Below are positions 35,475 to 39,183 of a stretch of DNA of 39,183 bases, piece after piece. The stretch's first letter is position 1; each line of letters opens with the position of its first letter. The notes below the pieces were generated by a model that had not been told where the DNA came from, did not search any database, and saw only the letters and a list, made by a program, of their open reading frames with translations. The DNA is taken from contig CAZHQV010000004.1 in assembly GCA_964534285.1 (NCBI GenBank), positions 1-39,183 of the forward strand, written 5' to 3'. Source of the stretch: an uncultured Dehalococcoidales bacterium. GTDB lineage: Bacteria > Chloroflexota > Dehalococcoidia > GIF9 > AB-539-J10. The position numbers were made by a program, and so were the translations under genes.

Positions 35475-36920
35475 TCAGCCAACCTTCGCCTTTAGTCTTT
35501 CCATACTTCTCAGCGCTGAATCATAAATCGCTATTTGCATGACTCTATCGGGCCCATACTGGAAACAAGTCTTGCAACTATTGATGGCCTCCTGGTAGTC
35601 TCCTAGACAATTGTAACACTCAGCTATCTGCATATAACAGTGGCAGGAGGAAGCTGGATGATTGGATATTGACTGTTGATACCAAGTGATAGCCGACTCA
35701 AAATGGCCCAGATGTTGAAGACGACGGCCAATGTAATAATATGTATTCAAATCGCGGGAGGAGTTCTCATACTGCTCAGAGCCTGGGATGATCACAAACA
35801 CACTGGGAATTGTCAGGGTGGGGTGAGTGATGTTGACAACCAGTGGCTCATAGCCTATGGCGGCCAAAGCTGCGGTACACCTTTCTGTCTCTAGCTTCAT
35901 GTCGTTTTCTGACACATTAGGAAGGGAGTCGATAGGAACCAGATTACCTTCATTCAACAGATAACTGGCCTCGTGTATCGTTGTGAATTTTGGCAGAATT
36001 CCCCCGGCATAATAGTCCTGGCGGAAGTCATCTATAGCCATCTGCTGTATTTCGGTAAGAACCCTGATGAGCGCCTTCTCAGGGTGGGTGGCTGTTCCGG
36101 CACAGCAGACAATCTCACTGTTGGGGAAACTTGAGGGGTCATAGGCTATTCCACCCACAGTCGCGATGCCGGTATCCAAACTAAAATCCTTGAAGACCAT
36201 TCTTATGCCATTGGAATGAAACCTTCTGAGCAAATCCTTGGCTACGGGATCTCTTACTGTGGTCACATCGATGGTGGGAACAGATTTCTGTTCCATGCAG
36301 ATTATGGAGCAGACATGCCTTTCTACTACCTCGCAGAGACCTTGCAGAAGAGTCTCCTCCAAAGTGTTGCCAGCGGATAGACCATTGGTACCCTGCACAT
36401 CTGCAAACCATTCATAGGGTATCAGAAAATCTCTTTCTTGCCGCAAGCTGTATGCTGGAACCCAAGAAAAGAGAAGCTCAGCGAATTTTGTCCTATTCTC
36501 CTCCGGTACCTTCGCCTTCTTGCCAGGGATCAGGAAGATTTGGTCGAAGGGAATGGCCTTATCCTTCACATTGTCATATGTGTCTTTCCAAAAGTGCTGC
36601 AGCCTTGGGAAATTGGCATGGCTGAAGCGTTCGATTAGTTCCACTAGCGCACTGGCCTCAGCTTGCTCAGGGGTATAGCCTTTGCCCATAGATTTCGCCA
36701 TGGGGGCATTATTATCTTCCCCAGTCAGGCAAACGAAGACTGGGATGTCAAACCGACGGGAATCGATGCGCAAGGTCTCCCTGACCAGCCTTAGCTTGTT
36801 GCGTTTCAACGCATCTTTGACATTTCGCACGGTATCGCCAGGTGGTAAGGCCTTGTCCAACTCGCTCTCTGGACACTTTGGTGAACCCTGCAACACAATA
36901 TCTGACGCTAGGTCATCCAC
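35475..36920 (-). CDS. YcaO-domain protein with C-terminal TPR-like repeats
   Basis: GKGYTPEQAEASALVELIERF and TNGLSAGNTLEETLLQGLCEVVERH are the ATP/Mg-binding YcaO blocks. The tail YYIGRRLQHLGHFESAITWYQQSI..YMQIAECYNCLGDYQEAINSCKTC is TPR-like. The GTG start lies 9 nt after GAGG. Confidence 0.9.
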   Translation of the reverse strand: MDDLASDIVLQGSPKCPESELDKALPPGDTVRNVKDALKRNKLRLVRETLRIDSRRFDIPVFVCLTGEDNNAPMAKSMGKGYTPEQAEASALVELIERFSHANFPRLQHFWKDTYDNVKDKAIPFDQIFLIPGKKAKVPEENRTKFAELLFSWVPAYSLRQERDFLIPYEWFADVQGTNGLSAGNTLEETLLQGLCEVVERHVCSIICMEQKSVPTIDVTTVRDPVAKDLLRRFHSNGIRMVFKDFSLDTGIATVGGIAYDPSSFPNSEIVCCAGTATHPEKALIRVLTEIQQMAIDDFRQDYYAGGILPKFTTIHEASYLLNEGNLVPIDSLPNVSENDMKLETERCTAALAAIGYEPLVVNITHPTLTIPSVFVIIPGSEQYENSSRDLNTYYYIGRRLQHLGHFESAITWYQQSISNHPASSCHCYMQIAECYNCLGDYQEAINSCKTCFQYGPDRVMQIAIYDSALRSMERLKAKVG

Positions 36921-37140
36921 GGTGACAGACCTCGGCAGTCAAGCCTGTTTGTGCACTCTTTGTATCCTTGTTGTGGTGTAGTAACCATTCCGCCAAGGGT
37001 TTACGGTCCCTCCTCAGGCGCAAAACACTATCCCCACGGAAAGCTGCCAACTGCCCTGCTTTTCCCACATAAGCTTGGCCCCCCACTTCCTTGGCAAGCT
37101 CCCCGCCATGATTTCCCAGAATTGGCTTTCCTGTCCACAA
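36913..37140 (-). CDS. Hypothetical 75-codon ORF overlapping the YcaO start (weakly supported)
   Basis: TTG start without an SD. Its stop overlaps the YcaO GTG (GTGGATGA). An internal AGGAGG-n12-TTG would give a 25-aa peptide, LAEWLLHHNKDTKSAQTGLTAEVCHRG. I recognise no homology. Confidence 0.2.
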   Translation of the reverse strand: MWTGKPILGNHGGELAKEVGGQAYVGKAGQLAAFRGDSVLRLRRDRKPLAEWLLHHNKDTKSAQTGLTAEVCHRG

Positions 37141-37645
37141 CGTGTGTTCTCTAGCCCGGATGGTTGCAGCACCTGACCGCCGGCCACAAGGCCTCAGTCT
37201 TGCTTAGCTTGGTGCCGACGTCTTCCTGCAAGCAACACTCCTCTACGGTCTGTCTTCGTCTCAGGTTTGACCGAGACCGGGGTCATAGAGAATCTTGACC
37301 TTTGTGAATGCAGAGGAGGTAACCAGCCCTCTGTGATAGCCCACCTCCTTTGTTCATGCAATTACAAGGACGGGGATAAGTCGGTTATGTAGCCGGTAAA
37401 GCTCAATCTGCTGATACACTCCACACGCCTTTCCTTGGGGGAAAGAACTCCCGCTTCCTTTGGTGAGGAGCACCTTACGCTGCAGTACTGCCAATCGACG
37501 GTGGCCCTGTACTAGACTACGGCATCATGGTAATATTAGCCTGCTGTTTGCCGTGACCATTATAGCATGACCTTAGGGCTACTGTAAATAGTAGTTAACC
37601 GAGGTACTAACGAACCAGGGATACTATGGTCGTAAGGAGGTAATC

Positions 37646-38077
37646 ATGGAAAAGGAACGCGCTATCCTGGACAAACTCGGTGTAGATGTTGGCGCAAAGA
37701 GAAGTCACATGCATACTCTTACTGACGCAGATATCGTGATGTTTTCTGGGATTTCGGGAGATACTAATTACATTCACATGTGCGAACAGTACGCCAAGAA
37801 GACCATGTTTGCCGGTAGGATTGCACACGGAATAATAACGCTAGGTTGGATATCAGCCGCCCTAGCTAAGTTTCCGGGGACAGCCATCTACCTTTCCCAG
37901 TCAATCAATTTCTTGGCGCCCGTGAGGGTTGGCGACAGCATCACCGCTACTGCTGAGGTAATTGAGGCCAGGAAGGACAAGGGAATTCTGAAGTTGAAGA
38001 CTACCTGTGTGAACCAAGAAGGCAAGGAGGTAGCTACTGGCGAAGCTGGCCTCAGGCTGTACGAGGCACCGGAGTAG
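37646..38077 (+). CDS. MaoC-like (R)-specific enoyl-CoA hydratase (hotdog fold)
   Basis: 143 aa. FSGISGDTNYIHMCEQYAKKTMFAGRIAHG is the hydratase 2 motif region. A strong SD (AAGGAGG) precedes it. Confidence 0.85.
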   Translation: MEKERAILDKLGVDVGAKRSHMHTLTDADIVMFSGISGDTNYIHMCEQYAKKTMFAGRIAHGIITLGWISAALAKFPGTAIYLSQSINFLAPVRVGDSITATAEVIEARKDKGILKLKTTCVNQEGKEVATGEAGLRLYEAPE

Positions 38078-38096
38078 GTTAGTCCAGAAAGAAGAA

Positions 38097-38124
38097 GGGG
38101 CTGTGGTTTTGCAGCCACAGCCCC
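38097..38124. terminator. Bidirectional terminator hairpin between convergent maoC and mutase genes
   Basis: GGGGCTGTGG-TTTTGCAG-CCACAGCCCC forms a 10-bp perfect stem with T-rich flanks on both strands. Confidence 0.55.
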
Positions 38125-38179
38125 TTCACACTTTGGGCTGTTCCTTACTTGGTCTCAAATACAAGCTACGCCGAAGCTG

Positions 38180-38587
38180 TCATCGCTTCTTCTTGGAAGC
38201 CAGACCTTGTTTCACGCCCGACAGTATTTCCTCTCTGGTTGCTCCGGGCGTGAAGACCTCATCAAACCCCATTTCCTTCAAATCGATAGCATCGCGGGGT
38301 GCCATGACGCCCCCGATGAAAAATGCCGTGCGCTCTTTCAGCCCTTCGCGCTCGGCTACCTTAATGACCTCGCTGCCCAGAGTCATATGAGCACCTCCCA
38401 GAGAACTCACCCCGACAGCATCAGCATCTTCTTGCATCGCTGCCTTGATTATTTGCTCCGGAAGCGCGTTGCCGATATAGACAACTTCCATGCCGGCGTC
38501 CTTCAATTCATTTGCCACAGTGATAATTCCCCTATTGTGAACATCGACGCCAAGTTTACTCAATAATACCCTAGTTTTCCTTTCCAT
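38180..38587 (-). CDS. Acyl-CoA (methylmalonyl-CoA family) mutase, B12-binding small subunit
   Basis: LGVDVHNRG (DxHxxG cobalamin-ligand motif), GVSSLGG, and a Rossmann-like fold. ATG 38587 is preceded by GGAGG, so I prefer it over the tracked 38605. Confidence 0.85.
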   Translation of the reverse strand: MERKTRVLLSKLGVDVHNRGIITVANELKDAGMEVVYIGNALPEQIIKAAMQEDADAVGVSSLGGAHMTLGSEVIKVAEREGLKERTAFFIGGVMAPRDAIDLKEMGFDEVFTPGATREEILSGVKQGLASKKKR

Positions 38588-38632
38588 GTTTATCGAACCT
38601 CCCATTTTGTCTATGTTGGAAGAGAGAAATTC

Positions 38633-39183
38633 TTACCAAAGCCCCCCTGGTGTCCACAGACCGAAGGCCTCCTTGAATACCTTGAACAGCTCCCCTTCCG
38701 AGCAGCCTGCTCTGGCACACTCAACACTATAGGGCACGATATTCTCCTTTCTCTTGCACGCTTCTCCCAGCGCATTAAGAGCGCTATTGGCCTTTTCGTT
38801 ATCCCTTTGAGCTCTCAACTTTGCCAATTTCGCCTTCTGCCTTTCCTCCACGCCCTCGGGATAGCGGAAGACATCTATTGGCGGTAATTCAGAGGGAGAT
38901 TTGTATATGTTATAGCCGACAACCTTTATGTCCCCTTGTTCAATCATCCTTTGTTCCCGATTGAAGTGTTCGGCAACTCTCCTATGTATCCAGCCTCTTG
39001 TTATAGCCGCAACGTAGCCACCCATCTTTTCGATTTCATCCACTTCATCCAGAATTCTTCTCTCAAACTCATCGGTCAGAGCCTCGACATAGAAGGAGCC
39101 CCCAAGGGGATCAACTACCTCGGTAACCCCCGTCTCTGCTTGAATAACCTGTTGAGTTCGCAGCGATACCAATGCCGCCTCCT
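38633..39183 (-). CDS. Acyl-CoA mutase large (substrate-binding) subunit, C-terminal part; the gene continues beyond the window
   Basis: VDPLGGSFYVEALTDE..E....I...GG...A...G....I is the conserved end of the mutase TIM-barrel domain. The reading frame is open to the window edge. Confidence 0.8.
   Translation of the reverse strand, partial: EAALVSLRTQQVIQAETGVTEVVDPLGGSFYVEALTDEFERRILDEVDEIEKMGGYVAAITRGWIHRRVAEHFNREQRMIEQGDIKVVGYNIYKSPSELPPIDVFRYPEGVEERQKAKLAKLRAQRDNEKANSALNALGEACKRKENIVPYSVECARAGCSEGELFKVFKEAFGLWTPGGLW

Overview
This is a 39.2-kb bacterial window, roughly 50% GC by eye. The short IF-2, a DUF5679 miniprotein and the rpsP-KH pair suggest a Chloroflexota-like organism, but this is uncertain. 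The left ~11 kb, mostly on the minus strand, is an accessory/defence island. It holds an orphan MNT-type nucleotidyltransferase and a complete type I-B (Tneap-like) interference module: cas6, a decayed MNT/HepT remnant, cas8b(Cst1), cas7(Cst2), cas5t and cas3. No cas1, cas2, cas4 or CRISPR array is visible in the window. Next comes a 632-bp direct repeat, covering a whole NUDIX gene plus the 3' end of a peptidase gene, that brackets an AbiEi/AbiEii cassette and two gene fragments. The rest is core genome. It carries an MA-type peptidase, prfB (its +1 programmed frameshift is missed by the ORF track), nfi, rpsP-KH, an MrfA-like DUF1998 helicase, and rpsO-pnp-dapB-asd-dapA. It also carries purA, an inositol-lipid-type cluster with a frameshifted GT4, an untracked 46-aa DUF5679 zinc ribbon, and rbfA-infB-ylxR-nusA. 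The least explainable locus is at 33.5-37.1 kb. There a YcaO protein with a TPR-like tail, a radical SAM enzyme fused to ferredoxin-type domains, and an AmiS/UreI-like membrane protein form one minus-strand operon. It has no TfuA, E1-like partner, dehydrogenase, exporter or obvious precursor, and it is my best candidate for an undescribed system. The window ends with maoC and B12-dependent acyl-CoA mutase genes; the large subunit is partial.
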